64,000 nucleotides of DNA, from the NCBI GenBank assembly GCA_963792415.1, contig CAWBVY010000004.1, positions 288,001-352,000 of the forward strand, read 5' to 3'. The position numbers and the translations under genes are program-made. Source of the DNA: Candidatus Deferrimicrobiaceae bacterium. Its GTDB lineage: Bacteria; Desulfobacterota; Deferrimicrobia; Deferrimicrobiales; Deferrimicrobiaceae. This document shows positions 19,484-29,590 of the stretch, in pieces. Under the pieces are notes generated by a model that was given only the letters and a program-made list of their open reading frames with translations, did not search any database and was not told the origin of the DNA. Position 1 is the first letter of the stretch, and each line of letters opens with the position of its first letter.

Positions 19484-20013
19484 GTTCTGATCCGGCGCAC
19501 GCCCAGCCCCCGGGACACGGGAGTGCCCCGGTTCCGGGGCTCGGGCCCGAGGCGCACGTCATGGTGGGCAACGCGGACCTGTTCGTCAACTGGGCTCGAA
19601 AATCCTCGCTCTGGTACCTCCTGTTCGCCACGGCGTGCTGCGGCATCGAGCTGATGCAGGCGGGCGCGTCGCGGTACGACATGGACCGGTTCGGCGCGGT
19701 CTTCCGCGCCACCCCCCGCCAGGCGGACCTGATGCTGGTGGCCGGCACGATCACCCACAAGATGGCGGAGCGGGTAAAGCGCCTCTACGACCAGATGCCC
19801 GAGCCCAAGTACGTGATCTCCATGGGATCGTGCGCCAACACCGGGGGCCCGTTCTTCAAGGACTCGTACTGCGTGGTCAAGGGCGTGGACCTGATCATCC
19901 CGGTGGACGTCTACATCCCCGGCTGCCCCCCTCGCCCCGAGGCGCTGATCGACGGGATCATGAAGTTGCAGAAGATCATCATGCAGCGCAAAAATTACGG
20001 CGCCAAGGCGTGA
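19480..20013 (+). CDS. nuoB: Complex I subunit B (copy 1)
   Basis: [23 protein letters not shown]. Confidence 0.95.
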   Translation: MSSDPAHAQPPGHGSAPVPGLGPEAHVMVGNADLFVNWARKSSLWYLLFATACCGIELMQAGASRYDMDRFGAVFRATPRQADLMLVAGTITHKMAERVKRLYDQMPEPKYVISMGSCANTGGPFFKDSYCVVKGVDLIIPVDVYIPGCPPRPEALIDGIMKLQKIIMQRKNYGAKA

Positions 20014-20029
20014 GGCGAAGGGAAACCGG

Positions 20030-20500
20030 TTGGAAGGCCAGGCGATTTTCGACACATTGAAGGGGAAGTTCGGCGACGCCGTCGTCGAGCTGCAGGGGGA
20101 GGGCTATTCCCCCGCCTTCGTGGTCGTCGCCGCGGCGGCGGTGAAAGAGGTCTCCCGGTTCCTAAAGGAGGACCCGAGCCTCTCCTTCGACGTCCTCATG
20201 TGCCTTTCCGGGGTGGATTACAAGGAGAAGTTCGCCGTCGCCTACCATCTCCACTCCCTGAAACACCGCCACGCGATCGGTCTCAAGGCGATGCTCCCCC
20301 GCGAGAACCCGTCCCTCCCGACGGTGGACGACGTCTGGCCCGCCGCCAATTTCAACGAGCGGGAGGCGTTCGACCTGTTCGGGATCGTGTTCGAGGGCTC
20401 GAAGGACCTCCGCCGGATCCTTCTCCCGCCGGACTGGGAGGGGCACCCGCTGCGGAAGGATTACAAGTATCCCGACTTCTACCACGGGATCAAGGTATGA
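20030..20500 (+). CDS. nuoC: Complex I subunit C (copy 1)
   Basis: EREAFDLFGI, GHPLRKDY. Confidence 0.93.
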   Translation: MEGQAIFDTLKGKFGDAVVELQGEGYSPAFVVVAAAAVKEVSRFLKEDPSLSFDVLMCLSGVDYKEKFAVAYHLHSLKHRHAIGLKAMLPRENPSLPTVDDVWPAANFNEREAFDLFGIVFEGSKDLRRILLPPDWEGHPLRKDYKYPDFYHGIKV

Positions 20501-21627
20501 CGACCCGGTCCAACGCGCTCCCCACGCAGGAGATGACGATCAACATGGGGCCGCAGCACCCGAGCACCCACGGGGTGCTCCGGGTGATCCTCACCACCGA
20601 CGGCGAGGTGGTGACCCGCGCGGTGCCCGACGTCGGCTACCTGCACCGGGGGCTCGAGAAGATCGGCGAGCGCGTCACCTACGCCCAGTTCATGCCGTTC
20701 ACGGACCGCCTCGACTACCTCGCGGCGATGAACTGCAACTGCGCCTGGGCGTGGGCGGTCGAGAAGCTGGCGAAGATCGAGGTTCCCGAGCGCGCCGAGT
20801 TCCTGCGCGTCATCGTCTCCGAGCTGAACCGGATCTCCTCCCACCTGATCGCGTTCGGGTCGTACACCGCGGACATGGGGGCGTTCACCCCGTTCCTGTA
20901 CGCCATCCGGGAGCGGGAGCAGGTCAACGACCTTTTCGAGATGCTCTGCGGGAACCGCCTGACGTACAACTACGCCCGCGTCGGCGGCGTCTCGGGCGAT
21001 GCCCCTCCGGGCTTTCTCGAGAAGACGAAGGAGTTCCTCGACTACTTCGAGCCGAAGCTCGACGAGTACAACAACCTCATCTCCTACAACAAGATCTTCG
21101 TCCACCGGCTGGCGAACGTCGCCGTGATCCCCGCGGAGGAGGCGGTCGCCTACGGGCTGACGGGCCCCAACCTGCGCGGCTCCGGCGTCCACTTCGACCT
21201 TCGGAAGGACGAGCCGTACTCCGTCTACCCGAAGTTCGATTTCAAGGTCTGCGTCGGCACCGGGGAGCGCGGCACGCTCGGCGACTGCTTCGACCGGTAC
21301 ATGGTGCGGATCAACGAGATGCGCGAGAGCGTCAAGATCGTCCGGCAGGCGGTCGCGCAGATCCCCGACGGGCCCGTGCTGGCGAAGGTCCCCCGCGTCT
21401 TCAAGCCGCCGGTCGGCGAGACGTACTTCCGCTCCGAGTGCCCGCGCGGGGAGACGGGGATCTACCTGATCAGCGACGGCTCGGTGAACCCGTACCGGCT
21501 GAAGATCCGCACCGGCTCCTTCGTGTCGATGAACATCTTCGAGAAGATCACGAGAGGGCTGATGATCGCGGACATCGTCGCCGTCATCGGCAGCTTCGAC
21601 ATCATCCTTCCGGAGATCGATCGATAG
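20497..21627 (+). CDS. nuoD: Complex I subunit D (copy 1)
   Basis: NMGPQHPSTHGVLR, GYLHRG, ends EIDR; no NiFe CxxC motifs. Confidence 0.96.
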   Translation: MTTRSNALPTQEMTINMGPQHPSTHGVLRVILTTDGEVVTRAVPDVGYLHRGLEKIGERVTYAQFMPFTDRLDYLAAMNCNCAWAWAVEKLAKIEVPERAEFLRVIVSELNRISSHLIAFGSYTADMGAFTPFLYAIREREQVNDLFEMLCGNRLTYNYARVGGVSGDAPPGFLEKTKEFLDYFEPKLDEYNNLISYNKIFVHRLANVAVIPAEEAVAYGLTGPNLRGSGVHFDLRKDEPYSVYPKFDFKVCVGTGERGTLGDCFDRYMVRINEMRESVKIVRQAVAQIPDGPVLAKVPRVFKPPVGETYFRSECPRGETGIYLISDGSVNPYRLKIRTGSFVSMNIFEKITRGLMIADIVAVIGSFDIILPEIDR

Positions 21628-22742
21628 TGGAAGCCCTGGCGATATCCCTCGTGAACGCCATCCCGCTGCTGGCGGGCGTCCCCCTGTGGACGGTGACGCT
21701 GCTGCTGATGGTGGTGGTGGCGGCGGTCATCCTCGTGTTCGCCCTGACGTTCGAAGGGGTCGGGTCGCTGGTTCTGCGCAAGGTCGCAGGCGACATCCAG
21801 GCCCGGATCGGACCGAACCGGGTCGGCCCCAACGGGATGCTCCAGTTCCTGGCCGACGGCGTGAAGCTGGTCCTCAAGGAGGACCTCATCCCGGCGAGCG
21901 CGGACCGGCTCCTCTTCAAGCTGGCGCCGTACTTCGCCTTCGTAGGCTCCTTCGCCGCCTTCGTGGTCGTCCCCTTCGGCGTGGGACTGATCGCCGCCGA
22001 CCTGAACATCGGCATCTACTACGTGATGGCGGTCACCTCCCTGGTGGTGATCGGGGTCCTGCTCGCGGGGTGGTCCTCCAACAACAAGTGGGCGCTCCTC
22101 GGAGGCATGCGGGCCGCCGCGCAGATCGTCTCCTACGAGATCCCGGTGGGGATGGCCCTGATCCCCGCGGTGCTCATCGCCGGCTCCCTGTCGCTGCAGG
22201 ACATCGTCCGTTCCCAGGGGGGACTGTTCGGTGTCTTCGGGTGGAACCTGTTCCACAACCCCTTCACCTTCTTCTCCTTCTTCCTCTACTTCACGGCGGC
22301 GCAGGCCGAGACCAACCAGACCCCGTTCGACCTCCCCGAGGCCGAGTCGGAGCTGGTCTCCGGCTACAACGTGGAGTACTCCGGGATCCGCTTCGGCCTC
22401 TTCTTCCTGTCGGAGTTCGGCGACATGTTCATCGTGGCGGCGCTGGCCACCGCCTGCTTCCTGGGAGGGTGGAACGTCCCGTACTTCAACGCCGCGACGC
22501 TTCCGTGGATCTGGGGGAACCTCCTCTCCCTCGGCGTCTTCCTCGGGAAGGCGTTCACGATGGTGCTGATCATGATGTGGGTCCGCTGGACGCTGCCCCG
22601 CCTGCGCGTGGACCAGTTGATGCGGATGGCGTGGAAATACCTGGTGCCGCTTACGTTCGTCAACCTCCTCGGCGTCTCCCTCTGGCTCCTGGTCTTCCAG
22701 GGCAAGGGGATCCCCGGGATGATCGCCTCGCTGTTCGGATGA
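21627..22742 (+). CDS. nuoH: Complex I subunit H (copy 1)
   Basis: RIGPNRVG, PFDLPEAESELVSG, PRLRVDQL. Confidence 0.95.
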   Translation: MEALAISLVNAIPLLAGVPLWTVTLLLMVVVAAVILVFALTFEGVGSLVLRKVAGDIQARIGPNRVGPNGMLQFLADGVKLVLKEDLIPASADRLLFKLAPYFAFVGSFAAFVVVPFGVGLIAADLNIGIYYVMAVTSLVVIGVLLAGWSSNNKWALLGGMRAAAQIVSYEIPVGMALIPAVLIAGSLSLQDIVRSQGGLFGVFGWNLFHNPFTFFSFFLYFTAAQAETNQTPFDLPEAESELVSGYNVEYSGIRFGLFFLSEFGDMFIVAALATACFLGGWNVPYFNAATLPWIWGNLLSLGVFLGKAFTMVLIMMWVRWTLPRLRVDQLMRMAWKYLVPLTFVNLLGVSLWLLVFQGKGIPGMIASLFG

Positions 22743-22746
22743 GACC

Positions 22747-23529
22747 ATGGGCCTGAAGGCATACATGAACGACATCGTCGAGGCCGTGGTCACCACGGCG
22801 AAGGGGATGCGGATCACCGCGCGCTACGGCGTGAACCCGAAGGAAGAGGTCACGCTGCAGTACCCCGAGGAGCGGTGGGAAATTCCCGAGGGGTACCGCG
22901 GCTTCCTCCACAACGATGTCAAGAAATGCACCGCGTGCACGATGTGCGTGAAGGTGTGCCCTATCGACTGCATCTCCCTCGAGTCGGTGCGGGGGGCGGA
23001 CAAGAAGATGGTTCTCGCCTCCTACGACATCAACATCGGGCGGTGCATGTACTGCGGGCTGTGCGTCGAGGTGTGCCCCCCGAAGTCCCTGAAGCACACG
23101 GCCGGCTACGAGATGGCGTCGGTGGCCCGCGGGGAGCTGATCCTGAACTTCATCGCGGAGGACGCGGCGGAGATCAAGGCCAGGGTGGCGCGCCAGGTGG
23201 CCGAGGCGGCGGCCAAGGAGGCCGAAGCCAAGAAAGCCGCCGAAGCCCAGGCCGCCGAAGCCCAGGCCGCGGGAAAACCTGCGCAGGCCCCCCTTTCGGG
23301 GGCTGCCAAAGTGGCGGAGGTCCCTTCATCGGGGACGGCGGAGGTCCCCTCTTCGGGGACGAAGTCCGCGGACCTGTCCTCCGACCCGTCCTCCGAAGCG
23401 GCGCGAGCCGCGAAGGAGGAAGCCGGCAAGGCCGCTGGTGTGGAGCCGAAGCCGGCGAAGGAAGAAGCTGCCAAGGCCCCGGTCGTGGAGCCGAAGGCCG
23501 CGAAGGAGGAGGAGAAGAAACCGGAATGA
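22747..23529 (+). CDS. nuoI: Complex I subunit I (copy 1) with long Ala/Lys/Glu repeat tail
   Basis: Two CxxCxxCxxxCP motifs; about 120-aa low-complexity C-terminus. Confidence 0.93.
   Translation: MGLKAYMNDIVEAVVTTAKGMRITARYGVNPKEEVTLQYPEERWEIPEGYRGFLHNDVKKCTACTMCVKVCPIDCISLESVRGADKKMVLASYDINIGRCMYCGLCVEVCPPKSLKHTAGYEMASVARGELILNFIAEDAAEIKARVARQVAEAAAKEAEAKKAAEAQAAEAQAAGKPAQAPLSGAAKVAEVPSSGTAEVPSSGTKSADLSSDPSSEAARAAKEEAGKAAGVEPKPAKEEAAKAPVVEPKAAKEEEKKPE
23313..23423 (+). repeat. In-frame palindromic elements in the nuoI tail (element A x2, element B x1)
   Basis: 24-bp tandem GGCGGAGGTCCC-n7-GGGAC x2; TCCTCC-GAA-GCGGC-GCGA-GCCGC-GAA-GGAGGA hairpin. Confidence 0.92.
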
Positions 23530-24059
23530 GCGGACCCGCGGAATACATCTTCTACGCCGCGGCGGCGATGACCGTGGGGGCGGCCATACTGGTGGCCATC
23601 CTCCCGAACATCCTCTACGCGGCCGTGGCGCTCCTGTTCTCCTTCGCCGGCGTGGCGGGGCTGTACGTCCTCCTTTCCGCGGATTTCCTCGCCGCGACCC
23701 AGATCCTGGTCTACGTGGGGGGGATCATCGTCCTGCTCCTGTTCGCCGTCTTCCTGTCGAACCGGATCTCCGAGGCGAAGATCACCAACCCCACCCACTT
23801 CCGCCTTCCCGCCGCGGCGATCTGCCTGGTCCTGTTCGGCGTTCTCTCGTACGCCGCCGTGTCGACGCCCTACGCCGTAAAGCAGGGGGTCTATCTCCCC
23901 ACCACCGCGGACATCGGCGAACTGCTGATGACCCGCTACCTGCTCCCCTTCGAGGTCGCGTCGGTGCTGCTGCTGGCGGCGCTCATCGGCGCGGCGCTGC
24001 TGTCCCGGCCGGACCGGGCGGCTCCGGATACGGGAGAGATGGAGGAAGGGAAGCGATGA
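23526..24059 (+). CDS. nuoJ: Complex I subunit J (copy 1)
   Basis: QILVYVGGI, YLLPFEVASVLLL. Confidence 0.93.
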   Translation: MSGPAEYIFYAAAAMTVGAAILVAILPNILYAAVALLFSFAGVAGLYVLLSADFLAATQILVYVGGIIVLLLFAVFLSNRISEAKITNPTHFRLPAAAICLVLFGVLSYAAVSTPYAVKQGVYLPTTADIGELLMTRYLLPFEVASVLLLAALIGAALLSRPDRAAPDTGEMEEGKR

Positions 24060-24358
24060 CGCTCGACAAGCTCCTCGTCATCGCCGCCGCTCTCTTCTGC
24101 TGCGGCCTCTACACCGTGATGACCCGCCGCAACGCCGTGGCGGTGCTGATGGGGGTCGAGCTGATCCTGAACGCGACCAACATCAACTTCGTCGCGTTTT
24201 CCTTCTTCCTCAACCGGGTGATGGGCGGGCAGATCTTCGCCGTCTTCGTCATCGTGCTCGCTGCGGCCGAGGCGGCGGTGGCGCTGGCCATTTTCCTGCG
24301 GATGTTCTCGACCACGGGGACCGTGGAAGTCGACGCCGCGGACCAGTTGAAGGGGTAG
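24056..24358 (+). CDS. nuoK: Complex I subunit K (copy 1)
   Basis: GVELILNA, AAAEAAVALA. Confidence 0.94.
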   Translation: MTLDKLLVIAAALFCCGLYTVMTRRNAVAVLMGVELILNATNINFVAFSFFLNRVMGGQIFAVFVIVLAAAEAAVALAIFLRMFSTTGTVEVDAADQLKG

Positions 24359-24361
24359 CCG

Positions 24362-26491
24362 GTGATCCGATACGCCTACATCATCCCGTTCCTCCCGCTG
24401 CTGTCCTTCTTCATCAACATCGCGGTCGGCAAGCGGCTGCCGCGCAAGGGGGACTGGCTCTGTCTGGGCACGATCGCCGTGGCCCTCGCGATGTCGATCG
24501 GGATCTTCTACGAGGTCTTCGGGGCGTACGACCCGAACTTCCGGTACCATGTCGTCTTCCCCTGGATCACGGTAGGGGACCGCGCGCTGCTCAACACCGG
24601 AATCCTCATCGACAACCTCACCGCGGTCATGCTCCTGGTGGTCACCATCGTGTCGACGCTGGTCCACCTGTTCTCCATCGGGTACATGCACGGCGACCCA
24701 AGGTACAGCCGGTACTTCGCCTACCTGTCGATCTTCTCCTTCTCGATGCTGGGGCTGGTCCTCGCCGAAAGCTTCCTGTTCATCTACATCTTCTGGGAAC
24801 TGGTGGGGCTTTCCTCCTACCTCCTGATCGGCTTCTGGTTCGAGAAGAAGTCGGCGTCCGACGCGGGGAAGAAGGCGTTCATCGTCAACCGGGTGGGCGA
24901 CTTCGGGTTCCTCGTCGGTATCCTGATCATCTACGCCACCTGCGGCGTGCTGGGATACGACCAGGTGTTCCTGGCGATCGGGGAGGGGAAGCTCTCCGGG
25001 ACGCTGCTGACCCTTGCGGGAATCGGGGTCTTCTGCGGCGCCATCGGCAAATCCGCGCAGTTCCCGCTGCACGTCTGGCTCCCCGACGCGATGGAAGGCC
25101 CCACGCCGGTCTCCGCGTTGATCCACGCGGCCACCATGGTCGCCGCGGGCGTCTACCTCGTGGGGCGGGTCTACCCGATGTTCACCCCCGACGCGTTCCT
25201 GGTCATCGCCTACTTCGGCCTGATCACCCTGTTCCTCACCGCAACGATCGCCCTGGCCCAGAACGACATCAAGAAGGTGCTGGCGTACTCGACCTGTTCC
25301 CAGCTCGGCTACATGGTCATGGGGCTCGGGGTCGGGGGCTACACGGCGGGACTCGCGCACCTGGCCACCCACGCGGCGTTCAAGGCGTGCCTCTTCCTCG
25401 GATCGGGCTCCGTGATCCACGCCGTCCACAGCCAGGACATCCAGGAGATGGGCGGCCTCCGGAAGAAGATGCCGATCACGTTCGTCACCTTCCTGATCGC
25501 CACGCTGGCGATCTCGGGAGTCCCCGGCTTCTCCGGCTTCTACTCCAAGGACATGATCCTGGGAGCGGCGCTTGAATTCGGCATGAAGAGCGCGAACCCG
25601 CTGCACATGGTCTTTTTCCTCGGTGCGCTGTTCACCGCCGGGTTGACCGCCTTCTACATGTTCCGCCTGGTGATCCTCACCTTCTTCGGCCCGCCGAAAG
25701 ACCACCACAAGTACGACCACGCACACGAGTCGCCAGCGAACATGTGGGTCCCCCTCGTGATCCTGGCGGGCCTCTCCTTCTCCTTCTGGTACTCCGGGTG
25801 GTTCGGGACGCTGATCCAGAAGCCGACGTCGGTCGCCAACCTGGCCGCGATTTCGGCTCCGGCGAAGGTCGCCACGATGGAGCACGCCGCCGTCATGGCG
25901 CCCGCGCCGCACGGAGAAGCGGAGAAGACCCCGCATGCAGCGGCTCCGCCCGTTCACGGAGAGGTGCACGGCGAGGCTCCGGCAACGCACGGGGGGGCCG
26001 GGGACGAAGCCTCGCACGATGCCCATATCGCGCACACGGCCCACACGTATGCGATGTACTCCTCGGTGGCGGTGGGCACCCTCGGGATCTTCCTCGCCTT
26101 CGTGGTGTACTCCTTCGGGTGGATCAACCCGGACCGCGTCATGAACGCGTTGAAGCCGCTCCACACCTTCCTGCAGAACAAGTGGTACTTCGACGAACTG
26201 TACGAAGCGACGGTGATCAACGGCTCCAAGGCGTTCTCCAGGGGGCTGTACTGGTTCGACCTGCACGTGGTGGACGGCCTGGTGAATCTCACCGCGCAGC
26301 TCGGGGTCTTTGTCTCGTTCCTCGTCGGGAAGTTCGACGATTACGTCGTCGACGGGGCCGTCAACGGCCTGGCCAGCGCGACGACCGGCAGCGGATCGGT
26401 CCTGCGCCGGCTCCAGACCGGAAAGCTGTACCACTACGTGTTCGTGCTGGCAGGCGGTGCGCTCATCATATTCCTGATCAAGGCGTTCTAA
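24362..26491 (+). CDS. nuoL: Complex I subunit L (copy 1)
   Basis: WLPDAMEGPTPVSALIHAATMV; His-rich insertion. Confidence 0.96.
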   Translation: MIRYAYIIPFLPLLSFFINIAVGKRLPRKGDWLCLGTIAVALAMSIGIFYEVFGAYDPNFRYHVVFPWITVGDRALLNTGILIDNLTAVMLLVVTIVSTLVHLFSIGYMHGDPRYSRYFAYLSIFSFSMLGLVLAESFLFIYIFWELVGLSSYLLIGFWFEKKSASDAGKKAFIVNRVGDFGFLVGILIIYATCGVLGYDQVFLAIGEGKLSGTLLTLAGIGVFCGAIGKSAQFPLHVWLPDAMEGPTPVSALIHAATMVAAGVYLVGRVYPMFTPDAFLVIAYFGLITLFLTATIALAQNDIKKVLAYSTCSQLGYMVMGLGVGGYTAGLAHLATHAAFKACLFLGSGSVIHAVHSQDIQEMGGLRKKMPITFVTFLIATLAISGVPGFSGFYSKDMILGAALEFGMKSANPLHMVFFLGALFTAGLTAFYMFRLVILTFFGPPKDHHKYDHAHESPANMWVPLVILAGLSFSFWYSGWFGTLIQKPTSVANLAAISAPAKVATMEHAAVMAPAPHGEAEKTPHAAAPPVHGEVHGEAPATHGGAGDEASHDAHIAHTAHTYAMYSSVAVGTLGIFLAFVVYSFGWINPDRVMNALKPLHTFLQNKWYFDELYEATVINGSKAFSRGLYWFDLHVVDGLVNLTAQLGVFVSFLVGKFDDYVVDGAVNGLASATTGSGSVLRRLQTGKLYHYVFVLAGGALIIFLIKAF

Positions 26492-26509
26492 GAACGGAGG
26501 TGGTCGTCC

Positions 26510-28039
26510 GTGGGGTTCATCGATAGTCACATTCTCTCGTTCATGACGTTCCTGCCGCTCCTCGGTGCGGCGGTGATCCTCTGCGTGCCGAAGGGGAAGG
26601 ACGAGACGATCAAGTGGATCGCCGCCGCCGCCTCCTTCCTGCCGGTGCTGCTGGCGGTTCGCCTCTGGTTCATCTACGACCGGACCCTGGCCGGCGTCAA
26701 CGTGGCCAGCCAGTTCCAGTTCGTGGAGCACTACTCCTGGATCCCCTCGATCAACGTGGAGTACTTCGTGGGGGCGGACGGCATCTCGATGCCCATGCTC
26801 CTCCTGACGGCCCTCCTGTCGTTCCTGGCGGTCATCGGCTCCTGGGGGATCGACAAGAAGATCCGGGGGTACATGGCTCTGTTCCTCCTCCTCGAGACCG
26901 GCATGATGGGCACCTTCATCGCCCTCGACTTCTTCCTCTTCTACGTCTTCTGGGAAGTGATGCTGCTGCCGATGTACTTCCTCATCGGCGTCTGGGGCGG
27001 ACCGCGGAAGGAGTACGCGGCGATCAAGTTCTTCCTGTACACCCTGGCCGGCTCGATCCTGATGCTGATCGTGCTGCTGGCCCTCTACTTCAACACGACG
27101 AATCCCGAGACCGGAGCGCACACCTTCAACCTGCTCCACTACATGTCCCAGGGCACGCACAACGGCTGGCTGAAGGGGTTCGACGTCCGCATCCTCCTGT
27201 TCCTCGGCCTGTTCATCGGCTTCGCCATCAAGGTGCCGCTCTTCCCGTTCCACACCTGGCTCCCCGACGCCCACGTCGAGGCGCCCACCGCCATTTCGGT
27301 CATCCTGGCGGGCGTCCTCCTGAAGATGGGGACGTACGGCCTGATGCGGATCTCCTTCCCGATCTTCCCCGACGTGACGGTGTATTTCGCCCTCCCGATG
27401 GCGATCCTCGGCGTGATCAACATCATCTACGGCGCCCTGTGCGCGATGGCGCAGTCCGACCTGAAGAAGCTGGTCGCCTACTCCTCCGTCAGCCACATGG
27501 GCTTCTGCCTCCTCGGCATGGCGGCGCTGACGCCGCTGGGGATGGTCGGCGCGTCGATGCAGATGTTCTCCCACGGCATGATCACCGCCATGCTCTTCTT
27601 CCTGGTCGGCGTGGTCTACGACCGGGCGCACCACCGCCAGATCGACGGCTTCGGCGGCCTGGGCGTCGTGGTTCCCATCTATACCGCCTTCATCGGCTTC
27701 GCGTTCTTCGCGTCCCTGGGGCTGCCCGGGCTGTCGGGCTTCATCGCCGAGCAGTTGGTCTTCCTCGGCTCCTTCCCGGTGTTCCGGACGCTGGTGATCA
27801 TCGGCGCCGTGGGGATCATCTTCGTCGCGGCGTTCCATCTCTGGGCGCTGCAGCGGGTCTTCCTCGGTCCGCTGAACCCGAAGTACACCACCCTCGAGGA
27901 GATCAACGCTCGGGAGATCTTCTGCCTGGCGCCCCTGGTGGTCCTGATCCTGATCGTCGGCGTCTGGCCGATGCCGGTGATGAATCTCATGAACGCCTCC
28001 CTGGTGCGGCTGGTCGACCTCGTGAAGGCGGTGATCTAA
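26510..28039 (+). CDS. nuoM: Complex I subunit M (copy 1)
   Basis: [22 protein letters not shown]. Confidence 0.96.
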   Translation: MGFIDSHILSFMTFLPLLGAAVILCVPKGKDETIKWIAAAASFLPVLLAVRLWFIYDRTLAGVNVASQFQFVEHYSWIPSINVEYFVGADGISMPMLLLTALLSFLAVIGSWGIDKKIRGYMALFLLLETGMMGTFIALDFFLFYVFWEVMLLPMYFLIGVWGGPRKEYAAIKFFLYTLAGSILMLIVLLALYFNTTNPETGAHTFNLLHYMSQGTHNGWLKGFDVRILLFLGLFIGFAIKVPLFPFHTWLPDAHVEAPTAISVILAGVLLKMGTYGLMRISFPIFPDVTVYFALPMAILGVINIIYGALCAMAQSDLKKLVAYSSVSHMGFCLLGMAALTPLGMVGASMQMFSHGMITAMLFFLVGVVYDRAHHRQIDGFGGLGVVVPIYTAFIGFAFFASLGLPGLSGFIAEQLVFLGSFPVFRTLVIIGAVGIIFVAAFHLWALQRVFLGPLNPKYTTLEEINAREIFCLAPLVVLILIVGVWPMPVMNLMNASLVRLVDLVKAVI

Positions 28040-28084
28040 GTGGCCACTTTCACCAATACGGCTGCATTCGAAAGGGGCCGCTAG

Positions 28085-29563
28085 ATGTTCCTGGGCAACC
28101 TCGCCAGCGTGGGGTACTTCCTGCCGGAGTTCGCCGTCACGGCGACGATCCTCCTGCTGGTCGTGCTCCACGTGGTCACGAAGAGCCCGCAGTCCACCGC
28201 GTCCGGGTTCCTGTCGCTTCTCGGGGTGGGGGCCGCGATCCTCCTCGCGGGGGTCGCGCCTGCGGGCGCGGGCCGGTCGATCTTCGAGGGGATGGTGGCC
28301 CACGACGGTTTCGCGGTTTTCTTCAAGGTCCTGACCGCCCTGGCCACCCTCGTGGTGATCTTCATGTCGATGGACAGCAGGGACCTGGCCGGCCGGAGCC
28401 AGGCGGAGTACTACATCTTCCTGCTCTCCACCCTGCTCGGGATGTTCCTGCTCTCCTCGGCGACCGACATCGTGATGCTGTACCTGGCGCTGGAACTGGT
28501 CTCCATCCCGTCGTACCTGCTGGCGGGATACCTCAAGGGGCAGGAGCATTCCACCGAGGCCGCGATGAAATACGTGGTGTACGGGGCCACGGCGTCGGGC
28601 GTCATGATCTACGGCTTCTCCATCCTTTTCGGGCTGACCGGGTCCACCCAGGTCGCGGAGATCGGGCGGAGCCTGGCGGCCGGGAAGGCGACGCTGCCCA
28701 TGCTGCTGGCCGCCGTGATGGTGGCCGTGGGGTTCGGGTACAAGATCGCCGCGGTGCCGTTCCATATGTGGAGCCCCGACGTGTACGAGGGGGCCCCCAC
28801 GCCCGCGACCGCCTTCTTCTCCGTCGGGCCGAAGGCGGCCGGGTTCGCCGTCCTCGTCCGCTTCTACTACACGGTGTTCGCCGCCGCGGACCCCGGGACG
28901 GGCCTGTGGAGCCTGACCTCCGCGGTGGACTGGCCGTTCCTGTTCGCCGCGTTGTCGGCGCTGACGATGACCGTCGGGAACCTGGTCGCCGTCAAGCAGA
29001 ACAACGTGAAGCGGCTTCTGGCCTACTCCTCGATCGCCCACGCGGGATACATGCTCATGGGGTTCGTGCTTCTGACTTCCGCGGGAATCGAGGCGATCCT
29101 GTTCTACCTCGTGGTCTACCTCTTCATGAATCTGGGCGCCTTCTACGTCGTGGTCCTGGTGAGCAACGCGACCCTCGGGGAGGAGATCTCCGACTTCACG
29201 GGACTGGGGAGCCGCGCCCCCTTCGCGGCGGTCGTGCTCGCCATCTTCCTCTTCGCCCTGACCGGGATCCCCCCGTTCTCCGGCTTCATCGGAAAGGTCT
29301 ATCTGTTTGCCGAGGTCATCCACCGTGGCGTATACTGGCTCGCGGTCGTCGCGGGCCTGAACAGCGTGGTGTCGCTCTATTACTACGCGCGGATCGTCCG
29401 GGCGATGTTCCTCGAGGAACCGAAGGATGCGTCGGCGATCCCCGTTCCCGCGGTCTCCATGGCGATGCTCGTCCTGCTCGCGGCGCCGACGATGATCCTC
29501 GGCGTATACTGGGAGCCGGTGGCACGGATCGCCGCCGATTCCGTCCGGATGCTGGCGTTCTGA
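28085..29563 (+). CDS. nuoN: Complex I subunit N (copy 1)
   Basis: PFHMWSPDVYEGAP, KRLLAYSSIAHAGY. Confidence 0.96.
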   Translation: MFLGNLASVGYFLPEFAVTATILLLVVLHVVTKSPQSTASGFLSLLGVGAAILLAGVAPAGAGRSIFEGMVAHDGFAVFFKVLTALATLVVIFMSMDSRDLAGRSQAEYYIFLLSTLLGMFLLSSATDIVMLYLALELVSIPSYLLAGYLKGQEHSTEAAMKYVVYGATASGVMIYGFSILFGLTGSTQVAEIGRSLAAGKATLPMLLAAVMVAVGFGYKIAAVPFHMWSPDVYEGAPTPATAFFSVGPKAAGFAVLVRFYYTVFAAADPGTGLWSLTSAVDWPFLFAALSALTMTVGNLVAVKQNNVKRLLAYSSIAHAGYMLMGFVLLTSAGIEAILFYLVVYLFMNLGAFYVVVLVSNATLGEEISDFTGLGSRAPFAAVVLAIFLFALTGIPPFSGFIGKVYLFAEVIHRGVYWLAVVAGLNSVVSLYYYARIVRAMFLEEPKDASAIPVPAVSMAMLVLLAAPTMILGVYWEPVARIAADSVRMLAF

Positions 29564-29590
29564 CCCACCGAAAGGCGTGAGGGGGCTCCC

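Noticed and set aside
23936-29323. Very long antisense and alternate-frame ORFs (1795 aa here; also 7848-11012 and 61724-63985)
   Set aside because: Shadows of real high-GC3 genes: no motifs, skewed composition, fully overlapping confident CDSs.
19088-29563. EFG-less cluster as a group 4 [NiFe] hydrogenase
   Set aside because: NuoD1 lacks the N- and C-terminal CxxC Ni ligands; nuoA, J and K are present; no maturases nearby.
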